A stretch of DNA of 64,000 nucleotides from positions 2,577-66,576 of the forward strand of contig JBAZCN010000002.1 of NCBI GenBank assembly GCA_041655035.1, written 5' to 3'. The position numbers were made by a program, and so were the translations under genes. The DNA is from Porticoccaceae bacterium. GTDB lineage: Bacteria; Pseudomonadota; Gammaproteobacteria; Pseudomonadales; Porticoccaceae. Within the stretch, counting starts at the first letter, position 1; every line of letters begins with the position of its first letter. The notes below the pieces were generated by a model. It was not told the origin of the DNA. It did no database searches and saw only the letters and a list, made by a program, of their open reading frames with translations. Below, one piece after another: positions 10,756-19,304 of this stretch.

Positions 10756-11358
10756 TTACTCAAGCCATTCATTTATAAAGCTTTCTAGTTCTTCCAGCCC
10801 CGTCTTTTTAAGTGATGAAAACACCTGTATGGACAGCTGCTCGATACCGGCACGGACCAGTTCATTGCGGATCCGGTGCAAGGTGCTCAGCGCCGGGCCG
10901 TGGTTGAGCTTGTCCGCCTTGGTCAACAGGATATGCAGTGGCAAGCGGCCCTGGCTCGCCCAGCGGATCATCTGCCAGTCGTATTCCTGCAGCGGATGGC
11001 GGATATCCATCAGCAGCACCAGGGCTTTCAGGGATTGGCGCTGTTGCAGGTATTCCGCCAGGTGCCGGTCCCAGTCCTCCTTGACCGTTTTGGCGACCTT
11101 GGCGAAGCCATAGCCCGGCAGGTCCACCAGGCGCCGGTCCGGCCCGATCGAGAAAAAGTTGATCAGCTGGGTGCGCCCTGGCGTCTTGCTGGTGCGGGCG
11201 AGCTTGCCCTGGCGAGTCAAGGTATTGATCGCGCTGGATTTCCCCGCATTGGAACGGCCCGCGAAAGCCACTTCCCCGCCGCTGTCCGCGGGACACAGGC
11301 GCAGGGTCGGCGCGCTTTGCAGGAAACTGGCACGGGCGAAATCGATGGTCTCGGTCAT
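10756..11358 (-). CDS. engB: Ribosome-biogenesis GTPase EngB/YihA
   Basis: G1 [10 protein letters not shown]3 DLPGYG, G4 TKADK. Confidence 0.9.
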   Translation of the reverse strand: MTETIDFARASFLQSAPTLRLCPADSGGEVAFAGRSNAGKSSAINTLTRQGKLARTSKTPGRTQLINFFSIGPDRRLVDLPGYGFAKVAKTVKEDWDRHLAEYLQQRQSLKALVLLMDIRHPLQEYDWQMIRWASQGRLPLHILLTKADKLNHGPALSTLHRIRNELVRAGIEQLSIQVFSSLKKTGLEELESFINEWLE

Positions 11359-11468
11359 AGTCCGGCAGTATAGCGTTTAAGCTTAAGGAAGGAATGGTAT
11401 ATAATCCCGCCGCCTGAACAGGCCTGCCGGGCCTTGAAACCTGTAGCGTAGCCCAGAACGGAATATCC

Positions 11469-12110
11469 ATGATGAAAACTGCAAGTGGTCTAGTCTTTAT
11501 CCTCTCACTGTTGATAGTGCCCTTCGCCACGGCGGCTGGTGATGCTGCGGCGGGCCAGGGCAAGGTAGCGGCCTGCGCCGCCTGTCATGCCAGTGACGGT
11601 AACAGCCCTGCACCCACATTCCCCAAGATCGCGGGCCTCGGCGAGAAGTACCTGCTCAAGCAGCTTCAGGATATCAAGTCGGGCGTGCGCCCGGTTCCCG
11701 AGATGACCGGCCAGCTCGACGCCATGAGCGATCAGGACCTGGCGGACATCGCCGCTTACTACAACGCCCAGACACGCCAGCTTTCCGGCTCCAAGGAAGT
11801 GAAACTGGAACTGGGTGAAAGCATCTACCGCGGCGGCAATGTCCACACCGGCGTCGCCGCCTGTATCGGCTGCCACTCGCCCAGCGGCAACGGCAATGCC
11901 CCGGCCGGCTATCCGGCACTCGGCGGCCAGTTCGCCGACTACATCGCCAAGCAGCTGCGCGCTTTCCGCACCGCCGCCCACGACGCGGAGGACCCCAGCG
12001 GGCGCAGCAACGACGGCGATGCCCAGGTCATGCGCGGTGTCGCCGCCCGCATGACCGATCAGGAGATCAGCGCCGTGGCCAACTACATCGCCGGCCTCAA
12101 GGGCGAATGA
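11469..12110 (+). CDS. Dihaem cytochrome c4
   Basis: Signal peptide and two CxxCH motifs (CAACH, CIGCH). Sits in the engB/dsbA neighbourhood, as does Pseudomonas cc4. Confidence 0.85.
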   Translation: MMKTASGLVFILSLLIVPFATAAGDAAAGQGKVAACAACHASDGNSPAPTFPKIAGLGEKYLLKQLQDIKSGVRPVPEMTGQLDAMSDQDLADIAAYYNAQTRQLSGSKEVKLELGESIYRGGNVHTGVAACIGCHSPSGNGNAPAGYPALGGQFADYIAKQLRAFRTAAHDAEDPSGRSNDGDAQVMRGVAARMTDQEISAVANYIAGLKGE

Positions 12111-12135
12111 AGCCGACGCGGCAGCGGTTCAAAAA

Positions 12136-12156
12136 GGCGGCATGAGCCGCCTTTTT
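12136..12156 (+). terminator. Intrinsic terminator after cytochrome c4
   Basis: GGCGGC-ATGA-GCCGCC followed by TTTTT, with an A-run upstream, so possibly bidirectional. Confidence 0.7.
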
Positions 12157-12277
12157 GTTGGCTGAAGCTTTCCTCTCTGCTGGCTGAGGTGCTTCTCACC
12201 AACGCGAAAAGTGGCTTGCCATCGGACCGATAAGCTGAATAATAGCCACTTCAACGGACCAACCCGGGAAAGAGAAC

Positions 12278-13006
12278 ATGTCTGTCTTGAACAAATGGAT
12301 ACTAGCACTCATGGTTGCCGTGACCCTCGGCTGCCAGGCCGAGCAGGACAATGCCCCGGCCAGCGGCGCCGCGGCGCCGGCCTCTGGCGCGGTGCAGCAG
12401 GCCGCTCCGGCGGCGTCCACGCCCACTCCGGTCGCGACCAATTATGTGGAGGGCACCCACTACGAGGTTCTGCCGCAGCAGGTCGCCACCACCGATCCCG
12501 GCACCATCGAAGTGACCGAGGTGTTCTGGTACGGCTGCGGCCACTGTTTCGACTTCGAGCCGATGCTGGAGAGCTGGGCCGAGGCCCTGCCCGATGGCGT
12601 CGTGCTGGTGCGCAGTCCGGCGATCTGGGATCAGCAGGGCATCATGGAGCGCCATGCGCGAATCTACTACACCGCCAAGGCGCTGGGGGTGCTCGATCAG
12701 CTGCACATCGCCACGTTCGAGGCGATGAACCTGCACGGGAACGAGCTGCAGACCGAGGATGCCATCGCCAAACTGTTCGAGGAAAACGGTGTCAGCCGTG
12801 AAGATTTCGACAAAACCTTCAACTCCTTCGGAGTGACCAGTGCGGTCAAGCAGGCCCAAGCGCGCCTTCGCGGCTACCGCACGCAAGGCACCCCGGAAAT
12901 CGTGGTCAATGGCACCTACCGGGTCAGCAGCCGCATGGCCGGCAGCCATCAGGGCATGCTCAACGTCACCAGCTTTCTGATCGACAAGGTCAAAAGCGAG
13001 CAGTAG
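12278..13006 (+). CDS. dsbA: Thiol:disulfide interchange protein DsbA
   Basis: WYGCGHCFDFEP CxxC and GTPEIVVNG cis-Pro loop. The N-terminus has a lipobox-like VTLGC followed by an Ala/Pro-rich linker. Confidence 0.85.
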   Translation: MSVLNKWILALMVAVTLGCQAEQDNAPASGAAAPASGAVQQAAPAASTPTPVATNYVEGTHYEVLPQQVATTDPGTIEVTEVFWYGCGHCFDFEPMLESWAEALPDGVVLVRSPAIWDQQGIMERHARIYYTAKALGVLDQLHIATFEAMNLHGNELQTEDAIAKLFEENGVSREDFDKTFNSFGVTSAVKQAQARLRGYRTQGTPEIVVNGTYRVSSRMAGSHQGMLNVTSFLIDKVKSEQ

Positions 13007-13012
13007 ATTTCT

Positions 13013-13088
13013 GCCGGCATAGCTCAGTTGGTAGAGCAGCGCATTCGTAATGCGAAGGTCGTAGGTTCGACTCCTATTGCCGGCACCA
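13013..13088 (+). tRNA. tRNA-Thr (anticodon CGU)
   Basis: Hand-folded cloverleaf: acceptor GCCGGCA/TGCCGGC, D-stem GCTC/GAGC, anticodon loop TTCGTAA, T-arm GTAGG-TTCGACT-CCTAT, encoded CCA. Confidence 0.9.
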
Positions 13089-13097
13089 CCTGACGCG

Positions 13098-13132
13098 GGA
13101 AGGGCAGCGCAAAAGGCTGCCCTTCCTGCTTT
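13098..13132 (+). terminator. Hairpin after tRNA-Thr (weak U-tract)
   Basis: GGAAGGGCAGC-GCAAAAG-GCTGCCCTTCC followed by TGCTTT. Confidence 0.5.
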
Positions 13133-13407
13133 ACCTCACATCCTCCCGGGTTCAGGCGCGACGCATTGGCGGCGCCTTCCTCGACAGCGCGATCAGCGAC
13201 ACGCAGTGTCGCCGCTGTCAGGGGCCAAGCCTTCCTGGTCGACAAACTTGCCTCTGTCCCGCAGTGTCGGCAGCAACTGCCGGGCGGTGTACGGGCAGCC
13301 GGTTGCCTCGGGGTCTGTCCGCCCGGCCGGCCGCCCTTGCGGGCTCCGTCCAGAGTCCTTCCGCCAGCCAGCGCGGAGCGGCCGGCGCGTTCAATGGATA
13401 CGCTCCC

Positions 13408-16400
13408 TCACAAGCCCTCCATAAAGTCCATGGCCCCCTGGTGGCGGATCACCCGGCGGTGGTTGGCCCAGAGTTCGGCCACCTGGTCGCGGTTGAGCTG
13501 CTGGCGATCCACCAGCACCCTGGTGTTGAGCTCGCCGAGTGGCATCGGGCTCGGCACCTTGCTGAATACGAACTGGTTGCTGACCAAGTCGAGGAACGGG
13601 CCGGCCTTGCTGGTGGGCATGATAAAGACCAGTTGCAGGCCGATGGTCTGGGTGAGGTAGCCGATGATTTCCCGCGAACGGGTTTCGTCCATGTGCATGA
13701 AGGCTTCGTCGACGATCACCATGCGCAGGTGGCTGTTGCCCTCATTGAATCGAAAGGCACTGGTGATGGCGGCGGCGCGGATTATGTAGGCCGGTGTTTC
13801 GAGCTGGCCACCGGAGCCGGTGCCGTACTCGCTGAGGCGGATCGGTGCCTTGCCCTCGGGGTGCTTGAGAATGTCGTAGCGGCGATAGTGGCGGTAGTCG
13901 CTGATCCGCTCCAACTCGCGCAGGGCCAGCTGTTCGTCGCCATCGAGCAGCAGCGCCAGCATCCGGTCGCGAACGGCGGCGGCTTTGGCGCCGAGACTGT
14001 CGTCGAACAGGCTGGTGCCGTCGCCGAGATTGGGAATGCGGATGATCTCCCGGAAGAAATCCCAGTACTCCTTGAATTCGGGCACCCAGGCCCATTCGAA
14101 CTCGAAACGCTCGCGATCGGCGCCGAAGTGATGGTGCTGGAGTTCGCTGTTCAGGTTGTCCAGAATCCGCTTGCCATCGTTGATGGCCTGGTGGATTTCG
14201 TGGCACAGGTCGCTGACGAACGTGGTGTTGAAGGTATCGCGCAGGGCGGCGAGCCGTTCCTGCTTCTCCAGCAGCACGTTGTTGCGCAGCCGGTTGTGCA
14301 GGCCGTCGAGCTGCTGGCGCAGGTTGCGGACATGGCCAAAGAAAGCGAGGCTGTGCAATTCCGCAGGACTATCGGCCACCAGGCTGTCGGCCACCAGGGC
14401 CTGCCGGTTGTACTCCAGAATGGCGCGTTCGAGAGCGATGGCCTCGCGGGTCAGCCGGCTGGTGAGCTCTTTCTCCTCGGTCTCGAAGTCGATGCTGGCG
14501 TGGGCCTGTCGCAGGCGCTCATCCATGGCGGTGGTATAGCGCTCGATGTCGAGTCCCGGCCAGTGGTCGGCGGCGTCGAGCAGGGCGGCCTCGGCCCGCT
14601 CCTGGCGTTCGCGGAGCTGGTCACTGGTGTCGGCGAAGCGCCTGATGCGCTGGTCGAGCTCCTTGAGCAGCGCGCCGAGGCGACCGTTTTCTTCGTTGAG
14701 CTGGCGCTGGTGCTCCTCGAGGGTCTGGTAGTGGCCGCGCAGCCGTTGTTGCTCCTGTTCCAGGTCCTGGTGGGCGCTGAGATCGAGGCGCTCGAGTTGT
14801 TCCTCGACCTCGCGCAGGCGGCGCTGGATATCGAGCAGGCCGGCGACGGCAGCGGCCTGGGCGAGGGGTTTCAGACGCTCCACTTGTTCCGCCAGTTGCC
14901 TGGCTGCCTGATAGTCGCGGTTGGCCGACTCGTAGTGTCCACGCAGTTCCCGCTGTGCCAGGCGCTGCGCCTGGAGGTTGCGTTCGCGCGCGGTTTCGCC
15001 GAACACCAGTTGGCTGTCGTCGATGTCGCAGCGAAACAGTGCGTAGTTGCCGGAGCCCATGCCGTCGGCGGTGATGCCGCGCCGGGTGCGGCGCAGGGCC
15101 TCGGCGTCGGCGACGCGCACCACGTTGCCATAGGAGGCGCGCAGATAATGTTCGGCGGTGCGGTGGCTGAAACGCAGCGCGTGGATGATGGAGTCCGCCG
15201 GCAGGGTCTGCTTTTCGGTATCGCGCCGCGCCTGGTCGCCCTGGATCACCCGCGCGCGGTTGCGTTCGCGTCCGCCCAGGCGGCGGACCACGCGGATCGC
15301 TTCCGCCTCGAACGCCGGTTCCACCAGGATCGCGAAACGGCCGCCGCCGATATAGCCCTCGATGGCCATCTGCCACTCGGGGTCCATCACTTCCACATGG
15401 TCGCACAGCACCCGCGGGTCGGCGCCGGGGCACTGCTGGCGGATGGCTGCCAGCGCGGCCTGGACATCCGCGGGGTAGGTGATTTTGTGGGCTTCCAGGG
15501 CGGCGATCTGCTGTTCGCTCTGGTTCAGCCGGCGCTGCAGGTCGGCGAGGGCTTTCTCGCTGTCGCTGACCAGCAGTTGAAGGCGCCGGGCCGGGCTGGG
15601 GGCCTGATCGTCCCCGGCGGGGGACGCGTGGAGCTGCTCCACCAGGCGGTTGTGTATTTGCTGGTCGGCGCGGAGGCGGTCGAGGGCGCTGTCCAGGGGG
15701 CTGAGGTCGATCCAGTCCCGGGCCAGCAGTTGATTGAGATCGGGCAGCCGCTGGTCGCCGCCGTCGAGAAGCGCAGCGCTGTCGGCCCGCCAGCTGCGGC
15801 CGGCCAGTTCCGGCAGCGCCTTGTCGAGATCGTGGCGCGCCAGGGCATCGCGGATATTGCGCAGCGCGGTGAGGTTGCTTTCGCGCTGGTGATCCTGTTC
15901 CAGCAGCGGAGGAACGCCCTGGTGGAGCTGTTCGTTGAGGCCGTCGCGCTGGCGCTCCAGGTCGTCCTTGGTGTGCAGGGCGGCGATGCCCTGGCGCCGG
16001 GCCTCGAGGGCGATCAGGTCGCGGTGGGCCTGGTCGAGGCGCTCGCGGCCGAGGCGCTTGTCTTCATCGAGGCTGGCCAGCTCGCCGTTGAGGCGCAGTT
16101 GTTCCTCCTTGGCGGCGAGGTAGTCCCGCTGGTTGTGGCGGTATTGCCCGGCGGCGGCGCCGTAGGCGAGCGCGGTGCGTTCCAGCCAGTGCTCGAGATA
16201 GCGGTCGGCGCCGTCGCGGGCCAATTCCAGCTGTACGGCGCTGGCGCGGATGCGGCTGGCTTCCTGCTCCATGCCGTGGACGGTGCGCAGCAGGTCGCGG
16301 ATGCGGCGGATGGTATCGCCGAGATCCCGGGCCTCGAGCACCTCCTCGGCGACGAACTGGTCGATCGAGCGGACCGGCTTGTAGGCCATGAAGCTGGCGA

Positions 16401-17049
16401 AGGCGCGGGCGGCATTCTTGGCTTCGCGGGTCGAGACGGCGTCGGACTTGCCGCGCAGGGCGCCGTACAGCCGCGCCAGATAGGCGCTTTTCTTGTCGTA
16501 GATCTCGACGGCTTTCTTGCCGAACTCCTGGCGCAGCAGGGTGGCCAGTTCGGTTACGGGGACCACATGCCGGCCGTCGGCATAGTGGCGGAGGAAGTGC
16601 GATAGCGACAGCCTTTCGCCCGCCACGATCATCATCAGCAGTTCGTCCTGGCGCGCCTGGGGGCTGCTGCCGGCGCGGTCGAGGTGGGCGCGCACCCCGA
16701 TCACCGCGGTGAACGGCTCGCAGCTTTCGCCCTTGGTCGGCTCGAATACCCCGGCGATGTAACCGTCGCTGTCCCAGGGGCGGGCGAAGGCGCCGTCGTC
16801 GCAGCCGAGGATATAGGACGCCAGGGTGCGCACCTGCTTGCCACCGCGGCCGCGCTGGGTGGTTTCGTCCTGGCCCGGGTTGTAGTTGAACAGGTTGTCG
16901 TGGGCGGCGGTCATCAAAGTTTGCAGGGCGTCGGCGGCGGTGGTCTTGCCGGAGCCATTGCCGCCGGAGAACAGGTTGACCGGGCCGTAATCGAATTCCT
17001 GGGGAGGCAGGTTACCCCAGTTGACGGTGATGGAACGTTTCAGGTACAT
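13408..17049 (-). CDS. SMC-like ATPase of the JetC/MksB family
   Basis: Walker A GGNGSGKTT (residues ~29-37), then RTLASYILG. Long Leu/Arg/Glu-rich coiled-coil arms. Central hinge EWQMAIEGYIGGGRFAILVEP...FRCDIDDSQLVFGETARERN. Signature GSGGQ, Walker B MVIVDEAF. The ATG overlaps the upstream stop (TGATG). Confidence 0.8.
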   Translation of the reverse strand: MYLKRSITVNWGNLPPQEFDYGPVNLFSGGNGSGKTTAADALQTLMTAAHDNLFNYNPGQDETTQRGRGGKQVRTLASYILGCDDGAFARPWDSDGYIAGVFEPTKGESCEPFTAVIGVRAHLDRAGSSPQARQDELLMMIVAGERLSLSHFLRHYADGRHVVPVTELATLLRQEFGKKAVEIYDKKSAYLARLYGALRGKSDAVSTREAKNAARAFASFMAYKPVRSIDQFVAEEVLEARDLGDTIRRIRDLLRTVHGMEQEASRIRASAVQLELARDGADRYLEHWLERTALAYGAAAGQYRHNQRDYLAAKEEQLRLNGELASLDEDKRLGRERLDQAHRDLIALEARRQGIAALHTKDDLERQRDGLNEQLHQGVPPLLEQDHQRESNLTALRNIRDALARHDLDKALPELAGRSWRADSAALLDGGDQRLPDLNQLLARDWIDLSPLDSALDRLRADQQIHNRLVEQLHASPAGDDQAPSPARRLQLLVSDSEKALADLQRRLNQSEQQIAALEAHKITYPADVQAALAAIRQQCPGADPRVLCDHVEVMDPEWQMAIEGYIGGGRFAILVEPAFEAEAIRVVRRLGGRERNRARVIQGDQARRDTEKQTLPADSIIHALRFSHRTAEHYLRASYGNVVRVADAEALRRTRRGITADGMGSGNYALFRCDIDDSQLVFGETARERNLQAQRLAQRELRGHYESANRDYQAARQLAEQVERLKPLAQAAAVAGLLDIQRRLREVEEQLERLDLSAHQDLEQEQQRLRGHYQTLEEHQRQLNEENGRLGALLKELDQRIRRFADTSDQLRERQERAEAALLDAADHWPGLDIERYTTAMDERLRQAHASIDFETEEKELTSRLTREAIALERAILEYNRQALVADSLVADSPAELHSLAFFGHVRNLRQQLDGLHNRLRNNVLLEKQERLAALRDTFNTTFVSDLCHEIHQAINDGKRILDNLNSELQHHHFGADRERFEFEWAWVPEFKEYWDFFREIIRIPNLGDGTSLFDDSLGAKAAAVRDRMLALLLDGDEQLALRELERISDYRHYRRYDILKHPEGKAPIRLSEYGTGSGGQLETPAYIIRAAAITSAFRFNEGNSHLRMVIVDEAFMHMDETRSREIIGYLTQTIGLQLVFIMPTSKAGPFLDLVSNQFVFSKVPSPMPLGELNTRVLVDRQQLNRDQVAELWANHRRVIRHQGAMDFMEGL

Positions 17050-17747
17050 CAGTCGCGGCTCTCTTCATCATCATCGCTGTCGTCGCGGCAATCGCCATCG
17101 TCCACCAGCGGCTCGCCGCCGGCGAGTTGTGCCAGCACGGTATCGGTCACCAGGCTGGTGATGCCGGGGCGGATGGTCAGCCAGGCCTCGCCTTCGTCGA
17201 GGTCGTCGTCGCTGGCACTGCGAATCAGGCGCAGCTGGCGCAGGCGGCGGAACAGCGCGCGGCGTTCAGTGAGCGCCTCGGGGAGAGGGCGGCCGAGCAG
17301 GTTCTTGCTGGCCAGATTGAGGGCTTCCAGCGGCAGCTGGACCTGGCCGTCCTCATCGATCCGCCCTTCGCGCAGGGCCTTGTCGTACTCGGCGCGCAGT
17401 ATCAGGATCGCCGCCACTTCCTGCTGGTTGAGGCGCTCCCTGAGGCCGCTGTTGAAGCCGTCGTCGCTGTCGATGAGGCCGGGGACGTCGGCGCCCGGCG
17501 GGAACAGGCGCAGGGTATTGAAGCGCGGCTCGTGGAGCAGGCGGATCCGCAGCACGGCCAGATAGTCTTCCACCAGCTCGGGGACCCGCAGGTAGCGGTC
17601 GTAGAGTTCGGCCTCCACCTTGCTTTCGTCGCGGCACAGCACGCCGTGGTCGAGAAGCCTGATCATCAGTTCGGAAAACGCCGCCGGGTCGAGGCCGCGG
17701 GCCGCCAGGCTCGTTTCGAGGGCGTCGCGGATTGTGGTCTCGGGCAT
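17049..17747 (-). CDS. JetB/MksE-like (DUF4194-type KITE) subunit
   Basis: [14 protein letters not shown]...LYDRYL...[16 protein letters not shown] pattern and an acidic tail. Start ATG 17747 is preferred because third-position GC is high only downstream of it. The track ORF extends to 17840 and another ATG lies at 17807. Confidence 0.65.
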   Translation of the reverse strand: MPETTIRDALETSLAARGLDPAAFSELMIRLLDHGVLCRDESKVEAELYDRYLRVPELVEDYLAVLRIRLLHEPRFNTLRLFPPGADVPGLIDSDDGFNSGLRERLNQQEVAAILILRAEYDKALREGRIDEDGQVQLPLEALNLASKNLLGRPLPEALTERRALFRRLRQLRLIRSASDDDLDEGEAWLTIRPGITSLVTDTVLAQLAGGEPLVDDGDCRDDSDDDEESRD

Positions 17748-17802
17748 TCTTTTCTCAGAAAGAGTCGTCTTGGGAAGAATCGTCTCGGGAAGTGTCGTCT
17801 CA
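17728..17802 (-). repeat. Five head-to-tail 15-nt repeats at the A/B gene junction (three good copies, two degenerate)
   Basis: Minus strand reads GAGACGACACTTCCC / GAGACGATTCTTCCC / AAGACGACTCTTTCT / GAGAAAAGAATGCCC / GAGACCACAATCCGC. The first copy starts inside the TGA of the upstream gene. Confidence 0.75.
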
Positions 17803-19236
17803 AACATTCTCGTCGTGTTCCAGTTCAAGCAGGTAGCCATCGCGGCGGGCGAAGTAGTGCTCGCCGGTGACGGGCTCGGTGGCTTCTAGGTGCAGCCGGA
17901 AGCCCGTCGCGGCATGATCGGCGCCGCCCAGTTCGATGATATGACTGAGGGCGAGCAGGTCTTTGGCGTCGTTGATCGGCAGGTCGCGGTTGTCGATGCG
18001 GCGGCCGGCGCCAAGGGCGCGGCGCAGGTAGTCGCGCAGTGCGCCGCCATTGATGTTGAACGCCTGCTCCAGCAATTGCTGGACGGCAAGGTCGCGGCGG
18101 GTGGCGCCGTCGGGCTCGCCCGGCTCCATCATCTGGCTGTTTACCGGGGGGCGCTGGCGGCGCTCGCGGAGGCGAATCTGGCCGGGGTCGACCAACGCGA
18201 GGCGGGTGCCGGCCATGATTGCGCCGGCCGCCGCGAGGCGGCGGCTGAACTCTTCGTCATCCTGCCCGGCCAGGGTACGGCACAGGCCGACGATATCGCT
18301 GTGCTTCTGGCTGTGGAGATAGCTCAACTGGCGGATGATGATATCGGCGCGGCGGGTGAATCCCTGGAGCGTTCGCCGCAGGGCGGGCAGCATGATCTCG
18401 GAGGCGTTGCGCAGGCGTGTTTCGATGCTGTCCAGCAACTGCCAGAGTACCGAGGCGTGCTCGTCGACGACCAGGTCCGGCGCCTGGCGGCGCAGTTCCC
18501 GCTCGGCGGTCTGCTTCCAGGCCCTGGGTTTGCGGCGGATGCGATCTATCACTTCCCGGATCCTGTCGCGATGCTTTTCGACGCTGTCGGCAGAGAGGCG
18601 GATCGCCACATCGGGCTGGAATCGGCGCTCCATGAACTCGAAAAACTGATCGCTTGCCTGCTGGACCAGTTGCTGGGCTTCCACGGCCCTCACCAGTTCC
18701 CGCTTGCGTTCTTCGAGTTCGGCGATGATGTCGGTGAAATCCGCGATGATGCGCTCGGAGTGCTCGTGGGCATCGATCAGGTCGTAGGCCTCGCCGCGCT
18801 CGAGGAAGGCGGCCAGGGAGTTCAACGTATTGCGGGTGTTGCGGTGGCGAGTGCGGATACTGCGGCCATCGGCCTCCACCAGGGTTTGGGTGAACAGCCG
18901 CCCGGTGCGGCTGAACGGATAGGTGGACTGGAAGGTCGCCTGGTCGACCTGGCGCTCCAGCCAGCCGTGCTCGACCAGGTTGTTGAGAATCCACCCGGCC
19001 TGCTCGCGGGTGTGGCGGAATCGCCCGCCGTCCTCATCCTCGCCTTCGAGCAGGGGCGCCCGCTCGAGCGCCTCGGCGAAGATCTCCAGTACCTGCTCGC
19101 GCTTGAGGGATTCGCCATAGTCGGCGCTGGCGCTGTAGAGGCGCTCGTGCAGCAGCCGCAGGCATTCCACCACCTGCTCGCGGTACTTGCCGGTGAGAGG
19201 CTTGAAGAGCTGGGCGCGCTCGTCTGTAAAGAACAT
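17800..19236 (-). CDS. JetA/MksF-like kleisin-type subunit (tentative)
   Basis: 478-aa helical protein in first position of a three-gene SMC operon. The length matches the 479-499 aa I recall as typical for DUF3375. Putative winged-helix-like ends ([16 protein letters not shown]; [13 protein letters not shown]). Family assigned by context, not by a recognised motif. Confidence 0.5.
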   Translation of the reverse strand: MFFTDERAQLFKPLTGKYREQVVECLRLLHERLYSASADYGESLKREQVLEIFAEALERAPLLEGEDEDGGRFRHTREQAGWILNNLVEHGWLERQVDQATFQSTYPFSRTGRLFTQTLVEADGRSIRTRHRNTRNTLNSLAAFLERGEAYDLIDAHEHSERIIADFTDIIAELEERKRELVRAVEAQQLVQQASDQFFEFMERRFQPDVAIRLSADSVEKHRDRIREVIDRIRRKPRAWKQTAERELRRQAPDLVVDEHASVLWQLLDSIETRLRNASEIMLPALRRTLQGFTRRADIIIRQLSYLHSQKHSDIVGLCRTLAGQDDEEFSRRLAAAGAIMAGTRLALVDPGQIRLRERRQRPPVNSQMMEPGEPDGATRRDLAVQQLLEQAFNINGGALRDYLRRALGAGRRIDNRDLPINDAKDLLALSHIIELGGADHAATGFRLHLEATEPVTGEHYFARRDGYLLELEHDENV

Positions 19237-19304
19237 GGAATCTCGGTGGACTGGCGTGAAAAGCGCGTATTAAAACAGGTTTGCCGGCGACACGGCAGCT
19301 TTGC

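Noticed and set aside
10532-11113. 193-aa plus-strand ORF covering the second sRNA candidate and running antisense into engB.
   Set aside because: It is a Ser/Phe/Cys-rich improbable peptide that spans two intrinsic terminators and the engB coding region. No RBS is present.
13264-16605. 1113-aa plus-strand ORF antisense to the SMC-like gene. Similar long shadow ORFs occur at 21478-23802 (+), 51369-55298 (-), 7688-9292 (-), 1990-3099 (-) and 25957-27420 (-).
   Set aside because: Their translations are Ala/Gly/Arg/Val-rich low-complexity sequence with no motifs. Each lies exactly opposite a gene with strong family motifs. Stop-poor antisense frames are expected at this GC content.
17748-17840. 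Longer KITE-like protein starting at 17840 or 17807, with an [15 protein letters not shown] pentapeptide-repeat N-terminus.
   Set aside because: Third codon positions in this stretch are mostly A/T, against very high GC3 downstream of ATG 17747. Start 17840 would also overlap gene A by 41 nt. This is not fully excluded; see the finding at 17728-17802.
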